Shown: in pieces, positions 19,225 through 27,796 of the stretch | How the letters are laid out: each line of letters starts with the position of its first letter | Numbering within the stretch: position 1 is the stretch's first letter | Virus record (IMG/VR): IMGVR_UViG_2721755643_000003 | Location: 1 to 38,533 of that record | DNA length: 38,533 nt | DNA from: a virus | Taxonomy: Duplodnaviria; Heunggongvirae; Uroviricota; Caudoviricetes | Reading direction: 5' to 3' (one strand) | Made by a program: the position numbers and the translations under genes | Notes under the pieces: model-generated | The model's database searches: none | What the model was told of the DNA's origin: nothing | The model's input: only the letters and a program-made list of their open reading frames with translations

Positions 19225-20337
19225 TTACAGCGGTTCAAACTGCGCGGGTTGTTCGCCGGGGGCTGCGCCCGGCGTCGGTGTGCGCTGGCTTTCAATGACC
19301 GAAAAACGCTGGCTCAGATTTTCGATTGCACTGGTAAGCGTTGTCAGTGTGGCGGCGTCGGCCTCATCATCTTTTTCCGTCTTCCGGGTACTGAAATTCT
19401 GCGCTGCGGCTGGCGCTGGCTGTTGTCCGCCATTACGGGCGGCGATACGTGCCTGGAGTTTTGCGGTTTCAGCATCCTGTGGCTGCACCGTAAAGGTGTT
19501 AAGTGCGGTCTGTAGCTCCGTCACGGCGGTGGTGTAGTTCTGGCGTGCCGTGTCGTCTTTCGGGTTGATGGCCAGTGTGTCAGTGGCAACGGAAAGCTTT
19601 TCACTCAGCTCCGCAACGTGATTAGCGTGAGCGCTGAAATCCCCGGTTACTGGCTGTGTGTCTGCTGTTGCGGATGCCGTGGGCTGCGCCGGTGCGGGTT
19701 GCTGTGCCTGTGGTTGCGTGTTCGCCTGCGCGTCAATTTTTGCCGTCAGAGTGACAATCTGGGCTAGCAACTGGTTCGCCTGTTCTTTAGTCATGGATTT
19801 ATCCTCATGATGGTTTGTTGGGGTGTCAGCGACCAGCGTCAGACGCCCAAGACTGAACATTTCAATATTTCCAGCGGCGGCATACTGCGGACGTGAGCCC
19901 TGTGTGTTGTTTTCCACTGATTTGATTTCCATGCGCTGGGTTCCCAGACTTGCCGGACTGTCGGTTGCTGCCAGCCCGTACAGATAGGTTTGCCCGGTGT
20001 TGGCATAGTTCTCCCAGAACTCGCACGAGGTAAAGAGCTTCTGGCCGCGATCGTTAAGGTTAACCAGCGCCTGGTTAGGCTCCAGCTTCGCCATAAGGCG
20101 CAGTCTTCCGGCGTCTTCTTTAGCCGCCAGCTCGGAAACAAGCCCCAGATTGGGGGTAAATTCTCGCTCCTGAAGACTGTATACGGGGTGATTAGGCCAG
20201 ATCATCGCTGTGTATCTGGCGGTGCTGTAGTTGTCAGCGGCCTGCTGGATCATTTCGCGGGTAATGGGGCGACCGTCGATGGCGTAGCCTTCGGTTGCTA
20301 TGCATATCCAGTCAGTGGTGTATTTCTGCTTTGCCAT
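19225..20337 (-). CDS. Capsid scaffold protein (P2 gpO-like)
   Basis: Track ORF 19225..20397; the start at 20337 (MAKQKYTT...) aligns with P2 gpO MAKKVSKF...; internal YANTGQTYLYGLAATDSPASLGTQ matches gpO FANTGKCYLVGLAVTDDPASLGTE; Gln/Ala-rich C-terminus. Confidence 0.8.
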   Translation of the reverse strand: MAKQKYTTDWICIATEGYAIDGRPITREMIQQAADNYSTARYTAMIWPNHPVYSLQEREFTPNLGLVSELAAKEDAGRLRLMAKLEPNQALVNLNDRGQKLFTSCEFWENYANTGQTYLYGLAATDSPASLGTQRMEIKSVENNTQGSRPQYAAAGNIEMFSLGRLTLVADTPTNHHEDKSMTKEQANQLLAQIVTLTAKIDAQANTQPQAQQPAPAQPTASATADTQPVTGDFSAHANHVAELSEKLSVATDTLAINPKDDTARQNYTTAVTELQTALNTFTVQPQDAETAKLQARIAARNGGQQPAPAAAQNFSTRKTEKDDEADAATLTTLTSAIENLSQRFSVIESQRTPTPGAAPGEQPAQFEPL

Positions 20338-20494
20338 TTCATTACCGCTTTTTGATGTATCTGGCGGTATTATTGCGGCTGTTTTCGCGGGTTTCATTCG
20401 TTCTGAATCCGGGCTTTTCGTATATGATTTTATGTGCGAAAAATGCCAAAATTTAACGATATTTCAGAGTGTTATTGCTCTTTATGATGGGCGA
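20338..20494. promoter_or_regulatory. Divergent late-promoter region between scaffold and terminase operons
   Basis: 157-bp AT-rich intergenic region between divergently transcribed O and P, where P2 has its Ogr-dependent late promoters; no TGT-N12-ACA box could be confirmed by eye. Confidence 0.4.
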
Positions 20495-22318
20495 ATGAAA
20501 TATACCGAAGAAGTCAGGGACGCTGCCCGCGCCCTGTATCTGAAATTCAGTACACCAAAAGAGATAGCGGCCACGCTGGGGCTTCCTGTGCGTACCGTTT
20601 ATAACTGGGCTGTCCGGGGGCAATGGAATGAAATGTTACCAGCTGAGTCGGTGGAAGTGGCTGTCGCCCGGCGAGTGGAACGACTGACCTGCAAGGATGG
20701 TAAAAGCGAGCTTGAGCTTGAAGAGCTGCGCTTCCTGATATCCCAGCACGTCAGGCTGATGGCGCAGAAGAACAAACATGCTGAACGGATGGAAGAGATC
20801 CGGGCGATGGTCAATACCGGCGTGGTGGTCAATGATGGCCGACAGGGTAGCAGTGAAGAAGGGAATGACGAAGGTGGTAAAAAAAGGAAGCGACTACGTA
20901 AAAATGATGTCGGCGGACTGACAAAAGAAATATTTGATGAAAAAGCGAATGGTCATCTGTTTGAATATCAGCAATATGTGCGTGAGCACGGCGACGAACT
21001 GTTCCGCTTCATTCTGAAAGGGCGACAGGAAGGATTTACCTACTATTTTGCATGGGAAGGGTTTGAAAAGGCCGTTCTCACGGGCAAGAATCAGATATTC
21101 TTTTCCGCCAGTAAACCCCAGGCGGAAGTTTTCCGTTTCTATATTCTCAGTATTGCGCAGCAATTCTTTGGTGTCGAGCTTAAAGGCAACCCGATTCGCC
21201 TCAGCAATGGTGCGATACTGCGTTTTCTGGCGACCAATCCCAATACGGCGCAGTCCTACAGTGGCGACCTGTACGGGGATGAGGTCTTCTGGATACCGAA
21301 ATTTGCCCGCCTGCATGAAGTGGCGTCAGCGATGGCGACGCATGACGAATTCCGTATTACCTACTTTTCAACCCCCAGCGCTAAAACGCACCAGGCTTAC
21401 AGGCTGTGGACAGGGGATGAATGGAAGGGCGACGATCCGAAACGTAAGGCGGCGGAGTTCCCGACCAGCAAGGAATTGCGTAAAGGTGGACGGGTCTGCC
21501 CTGACGGGATCTGGCGCTATGTCATCACTATGGAGGATGCGTGCGCTAAGGGACTCAGTGCCAGAGTTAACATTGAGAAGCTGCGTAACCGCTACAGCGC
21601 CACGGCGTTTGCCATGCTGTACATGTGTGAGTTCACTGACTCCCGCGACACAGTATTTAAATTCTCAGACCTTGAAAAATGTGAGGTTGAGTTCGGCATC
21701 TGGCAGGACTTCGACCCCTCCGCATTACGGCCTTTTGGTAATCGTGAGGTGTGGGGCGGTTTTGATCCGTCACGAACGGGTGATAACTCAACATTTGTTA
21801 TTGTGGCCCCGCCTGTTGAGTCTAAAGAAAAATTTCGCGTGCTGGCTGTCTACCAGTGGGTGGGGCTTAACTTCACCTGGCAGGTTAAGCAGATTGAAGA
21901 ATTAATGAAACGCTACCGGTTTACGCATATCGGGGTGGATATCACGGGTATTGGCCGGGGTGTTTATGATCAACTGGTACGCTCCGCACCGCGTGAGGTG
22001 ATGGGGATTAACTACAGTGTTGATAATAAAAATAAACTGGTGCTTAAGATGATTGACCTCATTGAGCGGCGACGTATCCAGTGGGTGAAAGATGCGGTTG
22101 ATGAGGTGACAAAAGAACGTGCCGATATCCCGCTGGCATTTATGGCCATCCGCCGTGTAATGACTGCCAGTCAGAACGCAATGACGTTCGCCGCCGAACG
22201 CAGCGAAACGACCGGTCACGCGGACGTATTTTTTGCCATATCGCACGCGGTCTGTAATGAACCGCTCGACTATGAATATGACCGCCCCTCGGTGTGGGCA
22301 TTCGGGAAGGCTGCATGA
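20495..22318 (+). CDS. Terminase large (ATPase) subunit, P2 gpP-like
   Basis: Track ORF 20300..22318 trimmed to MKYTEEV at 20495 (607 aa); divergent from the capsid operon and followed by portal with ATGA overlap, as in P2. Confidence 0.8.
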   Translation: MKYTEEVRDAARALYLKFSTPKEIAATLGLPVRTVYNWAVRGQWNEMLPAESVEVAVARRVERLTCKDGKSELELEELRFLISQHVRLMAQKNKHAERMEEIRAMVNTGVVVNDGRQGSSEEGNDEGGKKRKRLRKNDVGGLTKEIFDEKANGHLFEYQQYVREHGDELFRFILKGRQEGFTYYFAWEGFEKAVLTGKNQIFFSASKPQAEVFRFYILSIAQQFFGVELKGNPIRLSNGAILRFLATNPNTAQSYSGDLYGDEVFWIPKFARLHEVASAMATHDEFRITYFSTPSAKTHQAYRLWTGDEWKGDDPKRKAAEFPTSKELRKGGRVCPDGIWRYVITMEDACAKGLSARVNIEKLRNRYSATAFAMLYMCEFTDSRDTVFKFSDLEKCEVEFGIWQDFDPSALRPFGNREVWGGFDPSRTGDNSTFVIVAPPVESKEKFRVLAVYQWVGLNFTWQVKQIEELMKRYRFTHIGVDITGIGRGVYDQLVRSAPREVMGINYSVDNKNKLVLKMIDLIERRRIQWVKDAVDEVTKERADIPLAFMAIRRVMTASQNAMTFAAERSETTGHADVFFAISHAVCNEPLDYEYDRPSVWAFGKAA

Positions 22319-23370
22319 GTAAACGTAAAAGCGCACGCCTGCGTAAACGGGCACAGACAGAAAATTTTACTCCCGGACGCGGCAATATTATCACTTTCGG
22401 GGAGCCGGAACCGATACTGACTACCGGCACGGAATACATCAACGTCTGGTATAACGGTAGCTACAACTACTGGACACTACCAATAGACAGACTTGCGCTC
22501 GCGCAGTTGCCGAATCTTAACGCCCAGCATGGCGGCGTACTGTATGCACGCAAAAATATGGTGTGTGCCAGCTACCAGGGGGGTGGACTGACGACCGATC
22601 AGATGGAAATGGCTGTCTTTGACTACCTGCTGTTTGGTGATGTGGCCATTCTGAAGGTCCGTAACGGGTGGGGACGGGTGGTGGCGCTGGCACCATTACC
22701 GTCTTTGTATCTGCGTCGCAGCAAGCAACTTGATTTTATCGTGTTACAGGAGGGCGAGCCGCTGGTCTATTCGCCGTCTGATGTTGTGTTTTTACGTATG
22801 CATGATCCGCGACAGCAGATTTATGGACTGCCTGATTATATCGGTGGTATTCATTCAGCGTTACTGAACAGTGAGGCGACCATTTTCAGACGTCGCTACT
22901 ATCACAACGGTGCGCATATGGGGTTCATCATGTACGCGTCCGACCCGAATATGTCTGTTGAGGCTGAAGAAGCTATACGTAAAAAAATAGAGAGCGGTAA
23001 CGGGCTTGGGAATTTCCGTAACATGTTTATCAGTATCCCAAAAGGGCAACCGGACGGGATTAAAATTATTCCGGTTGGGGATATTCAGCAAAAAGATGAG
23101 TTTTCAAATGTGAAGAATATCAGCGCTCAGGATGTTCTTACGGCGCACCGCTTTCCGGCTGGTCTTGCCGGTATTATCCCGCAAAATGCGAGCGGACTTG
23201 GCGATCCCGATAAGGCAAGGACAACCTATGGACGGGATGAAGTGACACCTGTCTGCCGTAAATTCATGCAGGCTGTGAACAGCGATCCCGAAATCCCCCC
23301 GTCGTTACACCTTAATTTTACGCTGGAAGATGTGGAAAATGTGGTGTCTGCGCTGGCTGATGAAAAATAA
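22315..23370 (+). CDS. Portal protein (P2 gpQ-like)
   Basis: From MSKRKSARL; strong similarity to remembered P2 gpQ (LNSEATIFRRRYYHNGAHMGFIMY vs LNESATLFRRKYYENGAHAGYIMY; GNFRNMFISIPKGQPDGIKIIP vs GNFRNLFLYSPNGKKDGIQIMP). Confidence 0.9.
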   Translation: MSKRKSARLRKRAQTENFTPGRGNIITFGEPEPILTTGTEYINVWYNGSYNYWTLPIDRLALAQLPNLNAQHGGVLYARKNMVCASYQGGGLTTDQMEMAVFDYLLFGDVAILKVRNGWGRVVALAPLPSLYLRRSKQLDFIVLQEGEPLVYSPSDVVFLRMHDPRQQIYGLPDYIGGIHSALLNSEATIFRRRYYHNGAHMGFIMYASDPNMSVEAEEAIRKKIESGNGLGNFRNMFISIPKGQPDGIKIIPVGDIQQKDEFSNVKNISAQDVLTAHRFPAGLAGIIPQNASGLGDPDKARTTYGRDEVTPVCRKFMQAVNSDPEIPPSLHLNFTLEDVENVVSALADEK

Positions 23371-23420
23371 CCCGAAAAAGACTATATTACCCCTGCAACC
23401 GGTCAGATTGTGGGGGGGTT

Positions 23421-23696
23421 ATGGCGGGTGTGATGAAAATTGAATGTCCGGCGTGTCACTGCCGGGCGGCTATACGCAAAACTGCATGGCAGGATGACGC
23501 AAAAACGCTGGCGGTAGTTTATTGCACCTGCACTAATTCTGACTGCAATATGCGTTTTTCGCTCAATCTTTCCGATCTTCGCGTGATTTCACCCAGTGAC
23601 CTGCAGACTGATGGTGTCGTTAAAGCATTGCTCCAGCGCCTTAAACCAGACGAAAGGCAAATGGCACTGGATATTCTGCTCAGTGATGGCGCGTAA
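23421..23696 (+). CDS. Ogr/Delta-family zinc-finger late transcription activator
   Basis: 91 aa; CPAC...(24 aa)...CTCTNSDC is the C-x2-C...C-x4-C spacing of P2 Ogr (CPLC...CQNVNC); G-rich ribosome-binding site. Confidence 0.7.
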   Translation: MAGVMKIECPACHCRAAIRKTAWQDDAKTLAVVYCTCTNSDCNMRFSLNLSDLRVISPSDLQTDGVVKALLQRLKPDERQMALDILLSDGA

Positions 23697-23830
23697 GTGC
23701 CATTCTGTGGGGCGGTGGATCTTCCGCTTCCTCGCCCTGACAGACTCACCGCTATGCGGTTCGCTAATCAGGGGCTGCGGCGAGCGGTTTTGCACAATAT
23801 GATCCAGTACAGCAACAGAGAGATTTAGTT

Positions 23831-24349
23831 TTATTCGAAGCTGGCAAGAATCTGTTCTCGAACAGAAGATTTCATCGTTAACCCACGATCCAGGAAAAAT
23901 TGGAAATGCATTAAGGCTTGTTGTTTGTGGATAAATCTCCTGCGCACAGCCTCCTGGAGTAGCCCTCCGTGGCGGGCGGCTTTTACACCGCGTTCCGCAC
24001 ACGTTTTATAAACCGCATTATCCGCCGAAAGACATGTTGCATCATGTATTCTCGCGTTAACAACGCAGCTTATGTCCGCATACTTCAATGCTCTCCTGCG
24101 ATTTTTTATCTCAGCCATTTCAATAAAATGTTCAGGTTCGTAATCATTGGTGAAATTGTATGGAAGTTGCAGGCGTGTAAGCTGTTCCTGAACATCAAGA
24201 TTGTATTTAGCTTTTAGTTCCTCGCAGACATAGGGGTCAATCCACACACCACCCGGGTAAATTTGCCAGATAAGATCTAAGCATTTACCTTCGTAAAAAT
24301 CAGACAGTACATTCGTATCGATAACACATCTGGGGCATTCAAACGGCAT
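23831..24349 (-). CDS. PIN-like nuclease domain protein (DUF4411-like, candidate toxin/effector)
   Basis: Track ORF 23831..24382; probable start at 24349 (MPFECPRCVIDTNVL) with AGGAGG 9 nt upstream; PIN-type acidic positions in VIDTNVL, VCEEL and IHDATCLSADN; overlaps the upstream gene stop by 11 nt; AT-rich. Confidence 0.6.
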   Translation of the reverse strand: MPFECPRCVIDTNVLSDFYEGKCLDLIWQIYPGGVWIDPYVCEELKAKYNLDVQEQLTRLQLPYNFTNDYEPEHFIEMAEIKNRRRALKYADISCVVNARIHDATCLSADNAVYKTCAERGVKAARHGGLLQEAVRRRFIHKQQALMHFQFFLDRGLTMKSSVREQILASFE

Positions 24350-25484
24350 CCTCTCCGGCCTCCTGTTCGTCGTACCATTCATCCAGAAGATTGCTGAGAG
24401 CTTTTCTGTCTAATTCTAAAAGTTCAGATATGAAGGTTTCCGACGCGGAACCGGCTTCCCATGCTTTACGCGATAAGACGGTTAGGCGACCTTTATAATT
24501 TAGTGCTTCCCTTATGGGATTTGGCTCGTGTCTCTTCCAGCCTTTACGATTGGCGGTTGCCCATAGGTATCTAGTGTTTTGCTGATTAATTAAATTACAT
24601 TTACTAAGACGCTCAATGATGCAAGTGGCTGATACTCTGAAAATGCTTTTTAGTCTAAGGACGGTTTCCTCATACGCCCATCCACCACCTTGCATGACGA
24701 ATTGTTTTCGCAACGCGCTTTCTGGTACCAAAAAACAAGCAGCAAAGTGATTAGCAACTTTTTCTTCCGGTGAAATTGCTTTGCCATTAGTTTTATAGCT
24801 TTTAGCAGGGCCATCATACTCATCACGGTGGAAGATAAGATGAGCATATTCATGGCAAATACTGAAGATTTGACGTTCTATTGAAATGCTGTCGTGAACA
24901 TTTACATAAATCGCGGTACCGTATTTGTTCGAAAACGCAGAAAATCCGAATACCATCCCTTTATCGGTTTCCTCGCGATTGAACGGGATCACTCGAATAT
25001 CCGATGCTTCCAAAATGGCTACAATGTCACCAACGCAAGTAGCGTTTCCCATACCAAGACGGAAACGTTCTTCCATAGCCTTATCTTCGACTCTTCGCAA
25101 ATCTTCTGCTTTGGCGGTAAAAACAGGCATTGAGTTAGGAAGATCTTCTGGCAAATTAGCATCAGCAGCTTCCTCAATTGCATTGATATTTTTTAACTTT
25201 TCAATCAACTCATTGCGAAGTCTGGCATCCAACAAATCCGGACTATCTGCTCGCATTGCAAAACGAAACTCGCCATCATCTTGCTCATAAAAATACCCGA
25301 CAGGCTTATCGAAAATCTTGCAGAGCATGATGAGTTGGGTAACGCTTGGGACGCCTAGCGCCTGCTCAAACTTACTGTAGGTTTGACGAACAACACCGAT
25401 CGCATCTGCGACGGCGCTTGCACTCATTCCTGCGTCGTTTCTGGCCTGAACCAAGCGTTCTGCTATACGCTGTTGAATGTTCAT
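24339..25484 (-). CDS. Fused XRE-family HTH / ImmA-IrrE (M78) zinc metallopeptidase regulator
   Basis: 381 aa; N-terminal HTH (AERLVQARNDAGMSASAVADAIGVVRQTYSKFE); HExxH as HEYAH and downstream E...ANHFAACFLVPE, the ImmA/IrrE signature; GGTGA ribosome-binding site. Confidence 0.8.
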   Translation of the reverse strand: MNIQQRIAERLVQARNDAGMSASAVADAIGVVRQTYSKFEQALGVPSVTQLIMLCKIFDKPVGYFYEQDDGEFRFAMRADSPDLLDARLRNELIEKLKNINAIEEAADANLPEDLPNSMPVFTAKAEDLRRVEDKAMEERFRLGMGNATCVGDIVAILEASDIRVIPFNREETDKGMVFGFSAFSNKYGTAIYVNVHDSISIERQIFSICHEYAHLIFHRDEYDGPAKSYKTNGKAISPEEKVANHFAACFLVPESALRKQFVMQGGGWAYEETVLRLKSIFRVSATCIIERLSKCNLINQQNTRYLWATANRKGWKRHEPNPIREALNYKGRLTVLSRKAWEAGSASETFISELLELDRKALSNLLDEWYDEQEAGEDAV

Positions 25485-25600
25485 ACGTCACCTGAATTTA
25501 ACAATGGTGGCTCTTATGGGTTTAGATTGGTTAATTATTACTAACATTATGAATGGAGAGTTGCAAAAATCATAATTAAATTATGCAAATTTCATGGAGT
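25485..25600 (-). promoter_or_regulatory. Promoter/operator region of the HTH-peptidase/PIN operon
   Basis: AT-rich; on the - strand TTGCAA, 17 nt, TAGTAAT upstream of the GGTGA site; imperfect palindrome GTTAATTATTACTAAC near the -10 as a possible operator. Confidence 0.4.
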
Positions 25601-25868
25601 GTGATGTGGTGTGGGTTCACACTCTCTGCTGATTACATCCAGGGCGGTTTCCGCCCTGGCTCTGCTTACTCAGGAAATAACGCCCGGATATTTCCGGCCA
25701 TCTGACTGGTTATCTGTGCGGTTGGTACTGGCTGTGGCGTGGGCGTTCTGCCCTGTTTGCGCCCTGACCTATGCAATCCGCGCCGGATTCATATGGCACA
25801 TGTTTGAGGTAGCCTGAGTTTAACGGACACTCCTTCCTGAAATAGAATGGCATCAGAAGGAGCTAATA

Positions 25869-26171
25869 ATGAGCAGAAAAACCCAACGTTACTCTAAAGA
25901 GTTCAAAGCCGAAGCTGTCAGAACGGTTCTTGAAAATCAACTTTCGATCAGTGAAGGCGCTTCCCGATTATCTCTTCCTGAAGGCACTTTAGGACAATGG
26001 GTTACCGCCGCCAGAAAAGGGCTCGGTACTCCTGGTTCCCGCACGGTGGCTGAACTGGAATCTGAAATTCTGCAACTGCGTAAGGCGTTAAATGAAGCTC
26101 GCCTTGAGCGAGATATATTAAAAAAAGCAACAGCGTATTTTGCACAGGAGTCGCTGAAAAATACGCGTTAA
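25869..26171 (+). CDS. IS3-family transposase OrfA (HTH DNA-binding part)
   Basis: 100 aa ending ...LERDILKKATAYFAQESLKNTR; slippery A_AAA_AAA then G at about 26120-26127 near the 3' end. Confidence 0.85.
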   Translation: MSRKTQRYSKEFKAEAVRTVLENQLSISEGASRLSLPEGTLGQWVTAARKGLGTPGSRTVAELESEILQLRKALNEARLERDILKKATAYFAQESLKNTR

Positions 26172-26206
26172 TCGAACAATGGCGACAACAATTTCCCATT
26201 GAAGCG

Positions 26207-27025
26207 ATGTGTCAGGTATTTGGTGTATCCAGGAGCGGTTATTACAACTGGGTACAGCATGAACCCTCAGACAGAAAACAAAGTGATGAGCGGCTAAAAC
26301 TGGAGATTAAGGTGGCACATATCCGCACTCGCGAAACATATGGAACCCGGCGGCTCCAGACGGAGCTGGCAGAGAATGGCATCATCGTTGGTCGTGACCG
26401 ACTGGCACGTCTTCGTAAGGAGCTAAGGCTACGCTGTAAGCAGAAACGCAAGTTCAGAGCGACTACGAACTCGAACCACAATCTGCCAGTTGCGCCAAAT
26501 CTGCTGAACCAGACGTTCGCTCCTACAGCACCAAATCAGGTCTGGGTGGCGGACCTGACGTATGTTGCCACACAGGAGGGATGGTTGTACCTCGCTGGCA
26601 TCAAAGATGTTTATACGTGCGAAATTGTCGGCTACGCCATGGGAGAGCGCATGACAAAAGAGCTGACAGGTAAAGCCCTGTTTATGGCGCTCAGGAGCCA
26701 GCGCCCACCTGCCGGGCTAATCCACCACACCGATCGAGGTTCACAGTACTGCGCATACGATTACCGGGTCATACAGGAGCAGTTTGGTCTGAAAACATCA
26801 ATGTCGCGTAAAGGTAACTGTTACGACAACGCTCCGATGGAAAGCTTCTGGGGAACGCTGAAAAATGAGAGCCTGAGCCACTATCGTTTTAATAACCGGG
26901 ATGAAGCCATCTCAGTAATACGGGAATACATTGAGATTTTCTACAATCGTCAGCGTCGTCACTCTCGTCTGGGGAATATCTCCCCGGCAGCCTTCAGGGA
27001 AAAATATCATCAGATGGCTGCTTAA
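26207..27025 (+). CDS. IS3-family transposase OrfB (DDE catalytic part; expressed as OrfAB by -1 frameshift)
   Basis: 272 aa in the -1 frame relative to orfA; DDE context VWVADLTYV, HHTDRGSQY, ESFWGTLKNE; the frame is open back to the slippery site. Confidence 0.85.
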   Translation: MCQVFGVSRSGYYNWVQHEPSDRKQSDERLKLEIKVAHIRTRETYGTRRLQTELAENGIIVGRDRLARLRKELRLRCKQKRKFRATTNSNHNLPVAPNLLNQTFAPTAPNQVWVADLTYVATQEGWLYLAGIKDVYTCEIVGYAMGERMTKELTGKALFMALRSQRPPAGLIHHTDRGSQYCAYDYRVIQEQFGLKTSMSRKGNCYDNAPMESFWGTLKNESLSHYRFNNRDEAISVIREYIEIFYNRQRRHSRLGNISPAAFREKYHQMAA

Positions 27026-27065
27026 AAAAAGAACAAATGGTAGTGTCCGCTATTGCCAGTACACC

Positions 27066-27368
27066 TCAGTTGTGTCTTTTTTCTGCATGGTAATGAGCTT
27101 TGTTCTCGTTAAACGGTAACACCTCATTCAGCCCGGCACTTCTGAAATCAGCGTGTAATTGCTCCAGTACTGTTTCTTTATCAGCACCCGTTAATTCGAG
27201 ATAATCCCAGAGGCTGGCGCATAAACCACAGTTTCGCGAAAATATTCTGCCTGGATTTGCTCCGTTTTTCAGCCACAAATCATAAGTAATATAAAATCCG
27301 TGAAGTTGTTGCCTGATACTTTCTTTGATTTCCTGCGCTGGCACGGTGCCTGGTAATTGCTCTCTCAT
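27066..27368 (-). CDS. Hypothetical early-operon protein, C-terminus truncated by the IS insertion
   Basis: Track ORF 27066..27404; its stop codon is supplied by the last 3 nt of the IS; without the IS the frame would continue about 10 codons (..MCHMNPARIA) into the left flank. Confidence 0.4.
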   Translation of the reverse strand: MREQLPGTVPAQEIKESIRQQLHGFYITYDLWLKNGANPGRIFSRNCGLCASLWDYLELTGADKETVLEQLHADFRSAGLNEVLPFNENKAHYHAEKRHN

Positions 27369-27796
27369 TGTGAATCTCTCCTGTGTTGTGCCGGTCTGGC
27401 GCATGAATGGCGCTGCGGTAAAAAGACCCTTTGCGTCAGTGCGGCCTTGCGATTGACGGCAGTCAGCGTTCTGGCCAGCGCGACATTGTGTTTGCGGGTC
27501 TGCTCTTCGTGGTACTTCTGCATGATTTTCCCGGCCGGCGTGAGTGGTTCCGGCTCTTCCGGTGAACGGCGCGGACGAACGGCAACTATCCAGCTCTGAT
27601 ATTCACTGCCCGGTCGCCTGTTAAGTATGTCGGTGATGGTGGTTGTGGTGGTGCGATCGGGGCTGGCCACCGTGATTTCCAGTTCGTCCCCGGGCTGTGG
27701 TCTTGTGGCTACGCCTCTCAGTGTCATGGCTGGCGTGCGCTGGCGCATAACGGCGTCGAACTGCTGACGCTGCATGGTGCAGTGAAATCGCGTCAT
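27365..27796 (-). CDS. Hypothetical protein downstream of the replication gene
   Basis: 143-aa ORF overlapping the stop of gene A by 4 nt; no family recognised. Confidence 0.35.
   Translation of the reverse strand: MTRFHCTMQRQQFDAVMRQRTPAMTLRGVATRPQPGDELEITVASPDRTTTTTITDILNRRPGSEYQSWIVAVRPRRSPEEPEPLTPAGKIMQKYHEEQTRKHNVALARTLTAVNRKAALTQRVFLPQRHSCARPAQHRRDSQ

Larger units (their letters stand above)
25805..27068 (+). mobile_element. IS3-family insertion sequence (IS600-like), 1264 bp, two-ORF transposase with -1 frameshift
   Basis: Imperfect terminal inverted repeats TGAGGT...GGACACT at both ends; 3-bp direct repeat GTT on each side; orfA/orfB with A7G slippery site and DDE-type orfB. Confidence 0.8.

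Noticed and set aside
20338-20494. Ogr-type TGT-N12-ACA activator box in the divergent late-promoter region
   Set aside because: Could not find a convincing match by eye on either strand, so no specific binding site is claimed.
21048-21905. 285-aa + strand alternative-frame ORF inside the terminase large subunit gene
   Set aside because: Arg/Ser-rich low-complexity translation in an alternative frame of a conserved gene; no independent support.
25485-25600. LexA (SOS) box CTGT-N8-ACAG upstream of the HTH-peptidase/PIN operon, and at the switch and repressor-integrase regions
   Set aside because: No match to the consensus seen in these promoter regions; SOS control, if any, is not supported by a recognisable LexA site.
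25611-25817. 68-aa + strand ORF ending inside the IS left end
   Set aside because: GTG-initiated, runs antisense through the truncated C-terminus of the - strand gene and terminates in the IS inverted repeat; an artefact of the insertion.
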